From positions 62,001 through 126,000 of the IMG/VR virus record IMGVR_UViG_3300023179_005186: a stretch of DNA of 64,000 bases; one strand, 5' to 3'. This document shows positions 10,201 to 20,416 of this stretch, one piece after another (position 1 is the stretch's first letter; every line of letters begins with the position of its first letter). The notes below the pieces were generated by a model. The model was not told the DNA's origin and did not search any database. It worked only from the letters and a program-made list of their open reading frames with translations. The position numbers were made by a program, and so were the translations under genes.

Positions 10201-12371
10201 TTAATATTATTATTTTTTTGAAGTTCACCAATTTTATCCCATGAAATATTATGTTGACAAATACCTTCAATATATTCTTTATCTTTAATATCATAATCTT
10301 CTTGTTCAATTTCACCTTCTTTAATTAAAGAAGGAGCTTCATTAATTAAATCTTTTTTTTCAAAATCTGGCGTAACACTTAAAACAGGAATTGATGGATA
10401 TTTTTTTTTAGGTGCATTAGGTAATTTTTTAACATCTCCATATAATCCGGGAAATTCATCTTCATTATAATCATATGTATCAGATATTTTAATAGATTTA
10501 ACGTAATAAATTAAATATTCTAATTCATTTAATTCTTTAGAATGTTGTGGATAAGCAATTTCAGGATATATATGTTTATATTTATCAAGATTATCAATAT
10601 AAGTAGTAATTAATTTAGGATGTGAAGTATTAATGTCTTGTTTAATAACATCAATAACAGTTTCAATTAAATAATCATATAAATATGATGTAATTATTTT
10701 AACAACTTCATTTTTTGACATTGAATCAGAAATATCATAAAAAGGAATATTGTATTTTTGTTTAGATAAATCAAATAACCAGAAATAGTTATTATCTAAA
10801 CTTTCATTTTTAGTTTTTTCTTTAGATAATATTTTTTGTTTAATTTTATAATTAATTAATGTTTTAATTGAATCAAGTGGTTCATCAGTTTCATTAGTAA
10901 TATTAATGAAAGTATTTAAATTTAAACAATTCAATTCATTTAATTCTTTTTTATTAATAATAGCAAAACCAATTATATTCACCAACATATCATCTGACAT
11001 AATTCTAGTTTGCAATACATCAAATTTTCTTTTATTTAATAATGAAACTGAAGAATTTCTTATTGCATCAATAGTTTTATTTGATGAAAAAATAAATCCA
11101 TTATTCTTAAAATCTTTAAAAGATATATATGGATAAGCTCTATATGTTAATAAATCATTGACTAAATCTAAATTTTCAGAATTCATTTTAATAATATTTT
11201 TTTGTTTAGAGATAATTTTAATATCTTCATATGTATTAATTAAAACAGCATTAGAATCTTGTAAGGGTACATAAAATAATTTTTTTATTTCATTAGGATT
11301 TTTATAAAGTTCTGAAACAGTATTAATTTTATTAATAATATATTTTATTTTAGTTTCATCTTTCTTTTTTGGAGATTCTACTTTATCACCATGTTTTTCA
11401 TATTTTTCATTATCTTTATGATATAATAAAAAATCATCAACAATTGGTATGAGTATATGAGTATCTAATAATTTTTGAATTTTAATATCATGATCAGTAA
11501 AATATTTTCTTTTTTCATTAATATCTTCTGTATAGTCTTCATTAATTAAATCAAAAATTTTATCTGGTAAACCAGTTTTAAGATCATTTGGATTTAAAAT
11601 AGCTTCAATATCATTATAATCAATATAATCACTACGAGGAACAACAACATCTATAAACATAAAATCTCCATTTGAAGTTTCAGTATTTTCAATAATATTA
11701 AAAATTTCATTTTTTTCTTTATCTTTAAAGATAATTAATTGTATCATCATAATTGTTACACTATGATCAACAATAATTTTATTTTTTTCATCAAGAAGTT
11801 TATCTACAATATTTTTTTTAATATTTTCTTCACCAATTTTATCAATAAATTCTTTAAGTAAATATGAATAATTATCTAAAAGATTAGCATTTTCTTTTTT
11901 AGATTTAAGTTTATGTAAATAATCTAAAAATTCAATGATTAAGTTAATAGTTTTAATAATAATTGAATTAGATTCAGTATTAAAAAAATTTTCAATTTTA
12001 ATTTTAAAATTTACTTGATTTCTACTAAATTCGATAAGATTATTATTAAATAACTCTATTTTTCCAGTATAATTAATTCCAATCATTATGAACAAATAAT
12101 AACACAAAAATTTAGTAATAATACTGTTTATTAGTATTATGTTTTGTTTTTTTGTTACTAATTTATTAATTTTATCATTAGGAATAATTGATTGTGAAAA
12201 TTCAAGAATATCATTAATTTGTTGTTGATATTTTATAAAGTTAACTTCTTTAATTATTTTTTTAAATTCTAAAAGTTTAGTATTTTTGGAATTTAAAATC
12301 CATATTCCCATAAAGTTATTTAAGGTTTCATTTAATATATCATCAATTTCTGAAATATACATTATTTTCAA
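7218..12371 (-). CDS. Large hypothetical protein with three C..H/CxxC putative Zn-binding motifs and an acidic C-terminus
   Basis: 1717 aa ORF; CQH..CKSC, CIDGPFH..CSRC and CINGNIH..CSKC motifs. Confidence 0.8.
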   Translation of the reverse strand: MKIMYISEIDDILNETLNNFMGIWILNSKNTKLLEFKKIIKEVNFIKYQQQINDILEFSQSIIPNDKINKLVTKKQNIILINSIITKFLCYYLFIMIGINYTGKIELFNNNLIEFSRNQVNFKIKIENFFNTESNSIIIKTINLIIEFLDYLHKLKSKKENANLLDNYSYLLKEFIDKIGEENIKKNIVDKLLDEKNKIIVDHSVTIMMIQLIIFKDKEKNEIFNIIENTETSNGDFMFIDVVVPRSDYIDYNDIEAILNPNDLKTGLPDKIFDLINEDYTEDINEKRKYFTDHDIKIQKLLDTHILIPIVDDFLLYHKDNEKYEKHGDKVESPKKKDETKIKYIINKINTVSELYKNPNEIKKLFYVPLQDSNAVLINTYEDIKIISKQKNIIKMNSENLDLVNDLLTYRAYPYISFKDFKNNGFIFSSNKTIDAIRNSSVSLLNKRKFDVLQTRIMSDDMLVNIIGFAIINKKELNELNCLNLNTFINITNETDEPLDSIKTLINYKIKQKILSKEKTKNESLDNNYFWLFDLSKQKYNIPFYDISDSMSKNEVVKIITSYLYDYLIETVIDVIKQDINTSHPKLITTYIDNLDKYKHIYPEIAYPQHSKELNELEYLIYYVKSIKISDTYDYNEDEFPGLYGDVKKLPNAPKKKYPSIPVLSVTPDFEKKDLINEAPSLIKEGEIEQEDYDIKDKEYIEGICQHNISWDKIGELQKNNNIKYSDLVYEFIQQYVDVSTNLDYICKSCKAPINVKKYIQDGQFDTNTNFFVTFSIQMDVNIEELPEYEKYKTSIRNIDKIIERMASIFNLHGLKGSTSQIRSRRRNLVKDVIDLVLVQYNYLKKEYQSHRDDYIQKFGINKASSIFFIFELKNDIFIYSSKDKDYYKIIKYNNVLCYILLNIIFELNDTQIQVLTNNKFCSYYIFKKIGFSLFDNLKIIINKSGDYVSIKEYPILCYIIYLTSCLMTQYNIWIDLSSEVKISDKNKFNAHKVVLQKSIINTFVEIFNTILLVDSDEMKKNKYYVYEVLQTKYYFKLDLFKDTELIRKLDKMYLQIISNKDDKQLSIDSNKYDLIPNNNIFNNFYFDDLYNKFYKKFSLEKFIYKYRSKYLVEIDQISNLTNCIDGPFHNFQHNGITFICSRCKEEVNPKNLITDSIKLLYQRQIILYLRKLANKYCINGNIHQFDYDTKKDISICSKCKYHLGSPILNTDKELFKMFDIIEEKKKHINNKISEYIKDLKTSNSNEINKVKKIFDKIMYKFQKYDNDINKSINIILDTIQKLLGIDIIINNNVYNLHYNIYFIDHDYNGTKLDKPIQIYEKENKFRVIENHPYFKRNVLVYTMQRNTKYELFYDFLEKNLLGYREVNKEYINLKKNNCKLTINYSIKNMLLLFGLTRQQINIKDMYPQMYGMTEQDINDKFINNKYFSMKDFIDKVCIRRFQIIKKLGIELNKYINRFKYKYKVDLEIVEFINPNNNQLVSYPDPSNNPIDVLYVKYQKKIDSDIKTEITDKNNTHTFLKYINDIITYLPFSIKINKNNQLKFSNYIDYNYIIKNDTIGNFVLNYILDEFMRLLEYNTNKANKTNIAHFIIDIICILFNTYNYEVYYHNKEFNYYHQIRYASEFYIETQNADILLDAIDYYEQVNAEEEFTKLSEDEQKRRRDELYDDYEETQGYDMGDEILDEEGRFDIYSNYQFRDNIQKMIKDNVLSPGEYYY

Positions 12372-12453
12372 TATAATATATTATATTGATAATAAAATTT
12401 TATAAAAAAACATTTAATAAATTATAGATAAAACAATACAAAAATAAAGTTTA

Positions 12454-13509
12454 TTAATTTTTAATTTTTGATTTTTTATTATCAGATAGTTTATTTTTTT
12501 TTTCAACTTTTGTTTTTTTTCCTTCATATAATTCAATAAAATTTTTTTTTATTTTTTCAAACATTTTGCTAGTTGCATCAATTGATTCATTTAATATGTC
12601 AATAGGTTTTTCACCATCTTTAACTTTAAATTTAATAATAATATTTTTTTGCATAAAATCTGGATTTGTAATTCCAGAAAATAATACAGCTTTATGATTT
12701 TGTAAATGATAATTTAATGATCCACCACAGGTGTAATCTTCGTTTAATATTTCTAAGATCATAGAATTATTTTCTGTAATTACAACTTGATATTGATCTT
12801 GATTTACATTTTCTTTAATAATATTAAGTTTTTCAATAATAATATCACATCCTCTAATTATAATATCATATTCATTAAATTGTCCACCAGATTCAATTAT
12901 TAACTCAAACTTATTATCAGCAACTTCTTCATAATAAACATTTGAAGCATTAAAAATAGAATCTAATTCACCAACAGCTAATACAGCTTTCATTGAACAC
13001 TCAAATTCTTCACCTTCTCTTAATTGAATTAACAAAATAGGATATTCAATTGAATAAAATTTAGAATTATCAACTACTTCATTATTTATTGTAAGTTTAA
13101 TATCTGATGTAGAAATATTTAGAATATGATCTGGTCCAACATTTTTTGCTTTTACATATATTTCGATATCATTAATATCATCATAATGTTTAATTAATTT
13201 TGGATCAGTAAAATTAATATCTTTATAATATTTTGTAGCTAAAAATTTGATATTATGATTAATTTTTTTAATAGGTAACTGACTAAGTCTTTCTTTCATA
13301 TATGAATTATCAAAAATAGAATTATTTTTTAAAATATTTATTTTAGAAGGATGATAAGCATAAATAGGTATTTGATTTATACATACTTTTCTAATTGAAT
13401 TAATAATTTGATAATCTACGTCTTTACCAGATAACTCTAATTTAAGAAAACTTGAATCAAATTCATCAACTGTATATTCTAATTCTTTAATATTTATATC
13501 AAAACTCAT
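12454..13509 (-). CDS. RPB3/11: DNA-directed RNA polymerase subunit, fused RPB3/RPB11 (D/L)
   Basis: N-terminal RPB3-like INSIRKVCINQIP and LIQLREGEE; C-terminal RPB11-like ILNEDYTCGGSLNYHL. Confidence 0.9.
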   Translation of the reverse strand: MSFDINIKELEYTVDEFDSSFLKLELSGKDVDYQIINSIRKVCINQIPIYAYHPSKINILKNNSIFDNSYMKERLSQLPIKKINHNIKFLATKYYKDINFTDPKLIKHYDDINDIEIYVKAKNVGPDHILNISTSDIKLTINNEVVDNSKFYSIEYPILLIQLREGEEFECSMKAVLAVGELDSIFNASNVYYEEVADNKFELIIESGGQFNEYDIIIRGCDIIIEKLNIIKENVNQDQYQVVITENNSMILEILNEDYTCGGSLNYHLQNHKAVLFSGITNPDFMQKNIIIKFKVKDGEKPIDILNESIDATSKMFEKIKKNFIELYEGKKTKVEKKNKLSDNKKSKIKN

Positions 13510-13579
13510 CTTCTATATATAATATTTATTATTTAAATATTTAATCAAATTTTTTATTGGTTAAAATAAATTAAAATTA

Positions 13580-13587
13580 TCAATTTT
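13580..13587 (-). promoter_or_regulatory. Mimivirus-type early promoter AAAATTGA upstream of RPB3/11
   Basis: Exact octamer on the minus strand about 70 nt upstream of ATG 13509. Confidence 0.6.
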
Positions 13588-13613
13588 ATATATAAATATA
13601 CAATTATAGATAA

Positions 13614-14510
13614 ATGTCAAATTTAACTGAAACTAAAAATATGAATAATACATCTCCACCAAATGTTTTATTTTATAGTATGAAGTGTCAAACATGTAAA
13701 TTTTTTATGACACAAGCTCAGAATGTTGGTTATTTAAAATTTTTTAAATTAATATGTGTAGATGGTCAAGAAAAAACATTTCAAACTAAAGGTTTAAAAA
13801 TGATTCCTACAATCATAGTACAAAATAATTCTAATCCAATTGAGGGGAAAGGGTGTTTATTATGGTTAGAAAATATGTTAAAAAATCAAAAATTAAAAAA
13901 TATAGATAATCCAAATGATCAATATCTTCCAGAAACAGGAATTAATCAACAAAATAATAAAGAAAAAACAGGTAATTCTAATCAATTTTCTGTATCAAAT
14001 ACAAATGTTTTAAGAAGAGGTGCACAAAATATACAAACACCGCCTATACAAATTACTCCTATACAAATTACTCCTATACAAATTACTCCAAAAATTATAA
14101 AAGGGAAACAAGTTCCAAATATATCTTCAAATAAATCAATAAATAAAGGTGAAACTCAACTAAATTCTATTCAACAATCAAATACAAATTTAGTTCAATT
14201 AAATAATACAAATTCAGGTCCAAATGTAAAACCTCGTAGTCAATTATTTGGTTTTTTAGAAAATGAAATGTCTGGTTGTTCAGATAATTATGCTTATTTA
14301 TTGGTAGATAATGCATTACCTAAATCATTTTTACCTCCAGATAAAGATTTACAAATTTATACAGCTCCTGAAGGAAATAAATTAGATAAAAAAACACAAG
14401 AAATGTATTTAAAAAATATGGAAATGTTTAGAGATAATGATAAAGATGAATATAAAAAAACAATAGAAAAACAACATAATGATGTATTACAAAATAATTT
14501 AAGAAAGTAA
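13614..14510 (+). CDS. Hypothetical protein with N-terminal thioredoxin-like CxxC domain
   Basis: LFYSMKCQTC...LICVD...MIPTIIV followed by a low-complexity Q/N region. Confidence 0.7.
   Translation: MSNLTETKNMNNTSPPNVLFYSMKCQTCKFFMTQAQNVGYLKFFKLICVDGQEKTFQTKGLKMIPTIIVQNNSNPIEGKGCLLWLENMLKNQKLKNIDNPNDQYLPETGINQQNNKEKTGNSNQFSVSNTNVLRRGAQNIQTPPIQITPIQITPIQITPKIIKGKQVPNISSNKSINKGETQLNSIQQSNTNLVQLNNTNSGPNVKPRSQLFGFLENEMSGCSDNYAYLLVDNALPKSFLPPDKDLQIYTAPEGNKLDKKTQEMYLKNMEMFRDNDKDEYKKTIEKQHNDVLQNNLRK
14043..14089 (+). repeat. 15-bp in-frame tandem repeat encoding (PIQIT)x3
   Basis: CCTATACAAATTACT repeated three times. Confidence 0.9.
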
Positions 14511-14528
14511 CGTGTAATAAAATTAAAA

Positions 14529-15053
14529 ATGGATTTAGAGTATAAATTGAGTAGATTTGATATATTGGTAAATAATTATGTAGATACAATAAATTCTATA
14601 TTAGATTTGGCTGTATCTAATAGATTAGTTCCATTTAAATATTTATTAGGTTTACCATTAATGAAAAATTACATAATAAAAAATAAAATAGATATTTTAG
14701 AATATGGTGTAAAATATCTATTAATTTATAAAGATACAATATTAAATTTTGATATAAAAAATTTAGATGATCTTGATGAATTAGATTCAGATTCAAATGA
14801 TAATGTATCAAGAAAAGAATGTGTATCCAAAATATCCAAAATAAAAGAGGATATATCTTTAGAAAAAGAGATATCAAATGAATTAGATTTAAAAAAAAAT
14901 TCAAATTTAGGAATAGATTCAAATGAAATATTAAACATTATAATAGAAATAAAAAATAATTATAAAAAACTGGATGATTTTAGTATGAATATGTTTAAAA
15001 AATATATTGAACTATTAATAATAATATTAGAACAAATAAAAATATTATTTTGA
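14529..15053 (+). CDS. Hypothetical protein
   Basis: 174 aa ORF co-oriented with its neighbours. Confidence 0.7.
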   Translation: MDLEYKLSRFDILVNNYVDTINSILDLAVSNRLVPFKYLLGLPLMKNYIIKNKIDILEYGVKYLLIYKDTILNFDIKNLDDLDELDSDSNDNVSRKECVSKISKIKEDISLEKEISNELDLKKNSNLGIDSNEILNIIIEIKNNYKKLDDFSMNMFKKYIELLIIILEQIKILF

Positions 15054-15134
15054 ATAAATATATAGAAAATATTTAAATAATTATGAGTTTAAATTAAAAA
15101 AATTATTTAAAAGCATTATATAAATAGATATTAT

Positions 15135-16265
15135 ATGTCTTCATCTCAAACACCACTTGATTATAAAGATTATTTTTACAAGAAATTTGTTGCTTCATTT
15201 AAAAATTTAGTAACAACTTTAATTCAAAGACTTCCAGAAGTAGATGAAAAAAAAGATTTAAATAAAATATCAAATTTGATGGAAAAATTAAACTATGAAA
15301 AAATTATAACTAAATTAGCAACAAATAATAAATTAATGGAAGTATTATTATTTTTAAATAAAAATAATTTTAAATCTGAAATATGTGAGAAATATTTAAA
15401 TTCAAATGATAAATATTGGTCTTTAATGCCATCATTTAGTATAAATAAAATAATATTTTATTTAAATGAAGAGAGTAAAGCTGAATTACAACAACAATTA
15501 AATAATTTACATGTATGTGCAGTTACTTATTCAAAAGTTATTGAACAATTAGAATCTTGTAAAGATGGATCAAATTTTAATCCTTTTGAATCAGTAGGTA
15601 AAGTAGCTGAAAATATGGATATTAATACATTATTTGAAGGAGTTGAAGTTAAAAACATTTCTGCTTATGAAATGTTAATGGAAACAATTATTAATCAACA
15701 AATGGATAATAAAATGACAGATTATATGTCAAATATTAAAGAAGATGATGTACACGAAGCAGCTGCTAAATTAAATGATGTATTAAATAGTGATAAATTT
15801 ACATCAAATAAACAAACAACAAAAATTCTTTCAGATATGTTGAGTAATATTAAGAGTGAAGTTATTAATTTAAAATCAACAGATACAGATAAAATGAAAG
15901 GTAAACAAGGTGTTGAACAACTTTTGGGAATTGCTCAAAAAGTAGCAGGAAACATGATGGGAACAATCAAAGATAGTAATGTAAGTGTATTAGATATTTG
16001 GGACGCAACAAGTAATTTAGCTAAAAACACAGTTCAATCAGATGCATTAAATATAGTTGATGGTTTAATTAGATCAAATATTGAACAAAATATGCGCAGA
16101 GAAAATGGTGTTGGTATGCCACAATCACAAGAAGCATTTATGCAAAACTTAACAGGTGTAATGCAGGGTGATATAAATGGTATGCAAGGAGCATTAGAAT
16201 ATGAATCTAGTAAAGATGATAGGAAAAAAAGAAGAGATAAACGTAAAGAAAATAAAAAAAAGTAA
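15135..16265 (+). CDS. Hypothetical helical protein
   Basis: 376 aa ORF with a basic C-terminal tail. Confidence 0.75.
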   Translation: MSSSQTPLDYKDYFYKKFVASFKNLVTTLIQRLPEVDEKKDLNKISNLMEKLNYEKIITKLATNNKLMEVLLFLNKNNFKSEICEKYLNSNDKYWSLMPSFSINKIIFYLNEESKAELQQQLNNLHVCAVTYSKVIEQLESCKDGSNFNPFESVGKVAENMDINTLFEGVEVKNISAYEMLMETIINQQMDNKMTDYMSNIKEDDVHEAAAKLNDVLNSDKFTSNKQTTKILSDMLSNIKSEVINLKSTDTDKMKGKQGVEQLLGIAQKVAGNMMGTIKDSNVSVLDIWDATSNLAKNTVQSDALNIVDGLIRSNIEQNMRRENGVGMPQSQEAFMQNLTGVMQGDINGMQGALEYESSKDDRKKRRDKRKENKKK

Positions 16266-16328
16266 AAAAAATTTTTTAATATGTAATTAAAAGTAATTTA
16301 AAATTACATATAGAGATTAAAGTATAAA

Positions 16329-17039
16329 ATGTCAAAAAATATATATAGAGTTAACAAAAAAAGTGATTTAGATGAAATTATGAAAAATAATTTCTTAAAG
16401 CCAGTTTGTATAATTTTTGTATCTAAAAATACTGATAATAAATTATATGATGATATTACTACATCAATTTTAGCGGTATCAAAAAATAACACTTATAATA
16501 TGACAATTTTAATTGATTTTGATGATTTTTTAGATAATAATGGATTTTTTGATAGTATAAAAACTAATGTACCATATTTTTTAGCATTTTTTAGAGGGAA
16601 AAATATATCTTCAATTGATAATAAAGATAATTTTATACCTCTAATAGTTAATAAAATGGAAGAAATTCATCAATCATATATAAGTAAATTGTCAACAGCA
16701 TTTGCACAGACTAATGAAATACCTCAAGAACCAACAGTACAAAATGATGTTCATGTTTCTAAAAATGTAGTAAAGGATAATCAATCAATATCTTCTAAAT
16801 CATCAAATAGTTCCAAATCAAGTAGTTCCAAATCAAATAGTTCTACATCAAGTAAAATAAGTAGTTCAAGTAAAACAAGTATTTCAAGTAAAACAAGTAG
16901 TTCTAAATCAAGTAAATCAAGTAAATCAGAAAAAAAATCGTTAAAATCAAATGATACAGAAAAAATAAAGCGTGATAAAGAAAAATTAAAAAAATTAAAG
17001 GAACTTCAAAAGTTACAGTCAATGTTAAATAATAAATAA
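16329..17039 (+). CDS. Thioredoxin-fold-like protein lacking CxxC, with Ser/Lys-rich tail
   Basis: PVCIIFVSK...TILIDFDDF...VPYFLAFFRGK pattern resembles the Trx fold without the active-site cysteines. Confidence 0.55.
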   Translation: MSKNIYRVNKKSDLDEIMKNNFLKPVCIIFVSKNTDNKLYDDITTSILAVSKNNTYNMTILIDFDDFLDNNGFFDSIKTNVPYFLAFFRGKNISSIDNKDNFIPLIVNKMEEIHQSYISKLSTAFAQTNEIPQEPTVQNDVHVSKNVVKDNQSISSKSSNSSKSSSSKSNSSTSSKISSSSKTSISSKTSSSKSSKSSKSEKKSLKSNDTEKIKRDKEKLKKLKELQKLQSMLNNK

Positions 17040-17115
17040 ATTATTTTTAATGAATGTAAAAATTAAATAATATTTTTAATTTTTATTAAATTCTAAATAT
17101 AATAATATAAGAAAA

Positions 17116-18006
17116 ATGGATACTTTTTGGATAAATAATCCATCTATAATATTTAAAGATTATTATCAAATAATTCCAAGTAATTCGATGAGTAGAATAA
17201 AGCAAATGAATACTATGACAAGATTTTTTATATATTTCGTTATTTTATGTATATTATTCAAATCAAGTGAAAATTTTTTATTATTTGGAATAATAGCAAT
17301 TATGTTAATAATTGCATTTTATTTTATATATAAAACAGATTTAGTAGGTATACAAAATGATTTAATTAATGAAAATCTAAATGAAACTGAAAAATTTGAA
17401 AATCTAAATTGTAATTCTTGTGAAAATGATTATAAAAATTTATTAGATAAAACAATAATAGATATTTATGATAAAAAAAAAGATCAAATTTTAAAAGGAA
17501 CAGCAAAAACAGATAAGGATATAATATTAGAATCTGGTTATATTGATTCAGATGGTAATTATAAAATTGGTAAAGATTATTCAGATATAAATTTAGAACA
17601 ATGGAAAAAAGAACAAGATAAATTAAATAATAAAATTTCTTATGATAAAAATCAGCTTTATATTAATAATACCTGTAGAAAACCAACTGTCGATAATCCA
17701 TTTACTAACATAGTATTTAGTGATTATTTAGATTCTTCAAATATTGCTGAACCATGTAATATTGATAATAAAAATGTTCAAACTGATATGCAAAATTTAT
17801 ATAACAGCTCTATCTATAGAAATATTGAAGATGTGTTTGAAAGAGAAAATTCTCAGAGAATGTTTTATACAGTACCAATTAGAACTGTACCAAATGATCA
17901 AACCGAATTTGCTAACTGGTTATATAAATCTAGTCCTACATGTAAAGAAAATTCTCAAAACTGTACTTATTATGAAATACCATCAATGTCTTCACAAAGA
18001 TATTAA
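17116..18006 (+). CDS. Conserved NCLDV membrane protein of unknown function
   Basis: FWINNP...MNTMTRFFIY, two TM helices, CRKPTVDNPFTN and SQRMFYTVP..PNDQ.EFA.WLY..CK; a pattern I recall as widespread in NCLDVs. Confidence 0.75.
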   Translation: MDTFWINNPSIIFKDYYQIIPSNSMSRIKQMNTMTRFFIYFVILCILFKSSENFLLFGIIAIMLIIAFYFIYKTDLVGIQNDLINENLNETEKFENLNCNSCENDYKNLLDKTIIDIYDKKKDQILKGTAKTDKDIILESGYIDSDGNYKIGKDYSDINLEQWKKEQDKLNNKISYDKNQLYINNTCRKPTVDNPFTNIVFSDYLDSSNIAEPCNIDNKNVQTDMQNLYNSSIYRNIEDVFERENSQRMFYTVPIRTVPNDQTEFANWLYKSSPTCKENSQNCTYYEIPSMSSQRY

Positions 18007-18030
18007 TCATTATAAAAAAGTGATAAAATC

Positions 18031-18109
18031 ATATTACAACTAAAATTATATTACAACTAAAATTATATTACAACTAAAATTATATTACAACTAAAATTAT
18101 ATTACAACT
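18031..18109. repeat. 17-bp tandem repeat (4 full + 1 partial) duplicating the 3' end and stop of ORF 18097-19155
   Basis: ATATTACAACTAAAATT at 18031, 18048, 18065 and 18082, partial at 18099. Confidence 0.95.
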
Positions 18110-19155
18110 TTATTAGGAATTTTTCTTGCAAATACAGAAAATCTAAATATATCAAGAGGACTTGTCTCATAAAAAGGAAATGCGTCAAATAATGTATAAC
18201 CATCTTTTAAGTATGTATCAATTGAAGAATCTAGTTGATCAACTCCATAAATATGATTATTTTTTGATTTATATAGTTCTAATGCATATTCACCATTAAA
18301 AAAAGTTGTTCCAGTTGAAGTAGCTAGACGATTACCATTACTATTATTTGGATTATTAGGGTCATACATAAATATAATAGAATTAGATGGTAAAATACTT
18401 TCACTAGTAGTTTTATAAATATAATAAGCTTGAGCACCAGGAAATTTTTTTAAAAAATTAGGTAAAATTGGTAGACCAGTATAATCTAATGGATTATCTA
18501 AACCAGTGGACCCAGTAGCCATAGATGAACCATTTAGATCAGAAAAATTTGTAAAATTTTCTTGCAAGTTTATTAATTTTAGTTGACCTTTTTGTAAAAT
18601 AATAGATTGAACCGGTGTACCATCTAATGTTAAATATGGATTATTTGGTTGCATTTGAATTAAATTTACAATAAAATTAATATCAAGTTTTTGACCATTT
18701 TCAGTTAAAACATTAATTAAAAAGAATGATTTATCATAAGTTTGTGTTTTTTCAACAATAAGTTTAATAGGTTTAATAGTATAAATCATTTGGTTGCCAA
18801 AAATTTGACTACCATTTAAATTAGCTAAATATTCACCGTATGGATTATAAGGTTGATAAGGATCATATGCAAATACCCATGTATTGGTAGTTAACATATA
18901 ACTTGCAGAATCTCTAACAAATAATAATTTTGCTCCTGGATATTTTTTTATAAAATTATAAATTAATGAAATATCAGGTTTGTTATCAGAATAAGTATTA
19001 ACAAGACCATTTAGTCCATCATAATCATTTAAATTATTATAATTTTGAGTTAAATTAAAATTATCAATAATTTTATGGTCTTTAAAAAATATTAAATAGA
19101 AAATTATTAATAAAAATATTATATATAATAAATTAAAAATTTGTTGTTCATTCAT
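18097..19155 (-). CDS. Hypothetical protein with N-terminal membrane anchor and internal duplication
   Basis: 352 aa. Two similar blocks: FIKKYPGAKLLF..WVFAYDPYQPYNPYGEYLA and FLKKFPGAQAYY..IIFMYDPNNPNNSNGNRLA. Confidence 0.75.
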   Translation of the reverse strand: MNEQQIFNLLYIIFLLIIFYLIFFKDHKIIDNFNLTQNYNNLNDYDGLNGLVNTYSDNKPDISLIYNFIKKYPGAKLLFVRDSASYMLTTNTWVFAYDPYQPYNPYGEYLANLNGSQIFGNQMIYTIKPIKLIVEKTQTYDKSFFLINVLTENGQKLDINFIVNLIQMQPNNPYLTLDGTPVQSIILQKGQLKLINLQENFTNFSDLNGSSMATGSTGLDNPLDYTGLPILPNFLKKFPGAQAYYIYKTTSESILPSNSIIFMYDPNNPNNSNGNRLATSTGTTFFNGEYALELYKSKNNHIYGVDQLDSSIDTYLKDGYTLFDAFPFYETSPLDIFRFSVFARKIPNKVVI

Positions 19156-19160
19156 AATGG

Positions 19161-19186
19161 TTTTATATTAAATATCTAATATAAAA
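19161..19186. terminator. Stem-loop downstream of PNKP (candidate polyadenylation hairpin)
   Basis: TTTTATATTA-6 nt-TAATATAAAA, 10-bp stem. Confidence 0.4.
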
Positions 19187-19197
19187 AATTTAATTTT

Positions 19198-20346
19198 TTA
19201 GAAATAATATTGAATTTTATCAGAAAAATTAAAATTTTCAAAAACTTTAGAAATAATAAAAAGTTTATCAAAACCTTCAGATAATGTAGGTTTATTAAAA
19301 GATTTATTTAAGGTTTTATAAATTATTGGATTAATTAATTTAGATCCAAACCAAAACATTCTCATATAATTTAGATGTTTAATAACATCTTGATCATAAT
19401 CAAACCAAATTCCTATTTTAAGAAATGAATCAAAATTATTTAAAATTTTTTTTCTATTATCAATATTAAGATTTGTATTATCTTCGATAATATTATTATA
19501 ATTTTGTAAATTTTTATTTGTTAAAATAAGATGAGGATCATGTATTTTATTTTGTAAATCATCATTATTGATGTAATAAAAAGAATAATATTTTTTTATA
19601 ATTTCTTTTCGGATAAAAGATTTTCCTGATGCAGGAAAACCAATTAGAAGGATTAGTATTTTATCATTTGTTTCTATTAAATCATAAATATTTTGTAAGA
19701 AAGTATTTTGTTCATCTATTTTCCAATAATTAATTATTGGATAAGTAATTGTTCCATTAACAGAATTATTATTTAAATTAAATTTAAAAAATAATTCAGG
19801 AGTTTTAAATTTAAATTTGCAATTTATAGCAAATTTATAATCAGTATCAGAAAAATCATTTCTTCTACCAAAAGCATCACCAACATAATAAATTTTTAAT
19901 TTTTTTCTAATTTGATCACAATCAATAAAATTAAGATAATTATTTTTAATATAATCCCAAGAAGAAGGTAATGGTTTTCTAAAATTATCATCTTTAAGTG
20001 AAACAAAAACAAAATGTAATCCAAGTTTTTTATTTATATTATTCATTTTATCAATCCAATTATTTATTAATTCTTTATTTTTAAGTCCTTTTTGATTAGA
20101 AATTATTCCACAGATAGAATTATTATTAATGTATTGTGTAATAGTAAGTGGAACGATATCAATAAGATAATCCCAATCATTTTTATCAATAGGAAAAGTT
20201 TTACCAGATTTTGTTTTTATAAGGGTATAATCTAGATCAAATAAAATAATTTTTTTAATATTTGAATTATTTATTTTATTTTTCAAGTCTTCATCATAAC
20301 CAAATAATATATTATCAAGTATAATCCAGTTTAATATAGAGTTCAT
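19198..20346 (-). CDS. PNKP: Bifunctional polynucleotide 3'-phosphatase/5'-kinase
   Basis: FDLDYTLIKTKSGK, SNQKG, RKP, YVGDAFGR..DFSDTD; kinase P-loop GFPASGKS. Confidence 0.93.
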   Translation of the reverse strand: MNSILNWIILDNILFGYDEDLKNKINNSNIKKIILFDLDYTLIKTKSGKTFPIDKNDWDYLIDIVPLTITQYINNNSICGIISNQKGLKNKELINNWIDKMNNINKKLGLHFVFVSLKDDNFRKPLPSSWDYIKNNYLNFIDCDQIRKKLKIYYVGDAFGRRNDFSDTDYKFAINCKFKFKTPELFFKFNLNNNSVNGTITYPIINYWKIDEQNTFLQNIYDLIETNDKILILLIGFPASGKSFIRKEIIKKYYSFYYINNDDLQNKIHDPHLILTNKNLQNYNNIIEDNTNLNIDNRKKILNNFDSFLKIGIWFDYDQDVIKHLNYMRMFWFGSKLINPIIYKTLNKSFNKPTLSEGFDKLFIISKVFENFNFSDKIQYYF

Positions 20347-20416
20347 TATAATTAAATATATATTAAATGTTTATTTCAAATATTTAAATAAAAAACTATT
20401 TATAATAATCAACTTA

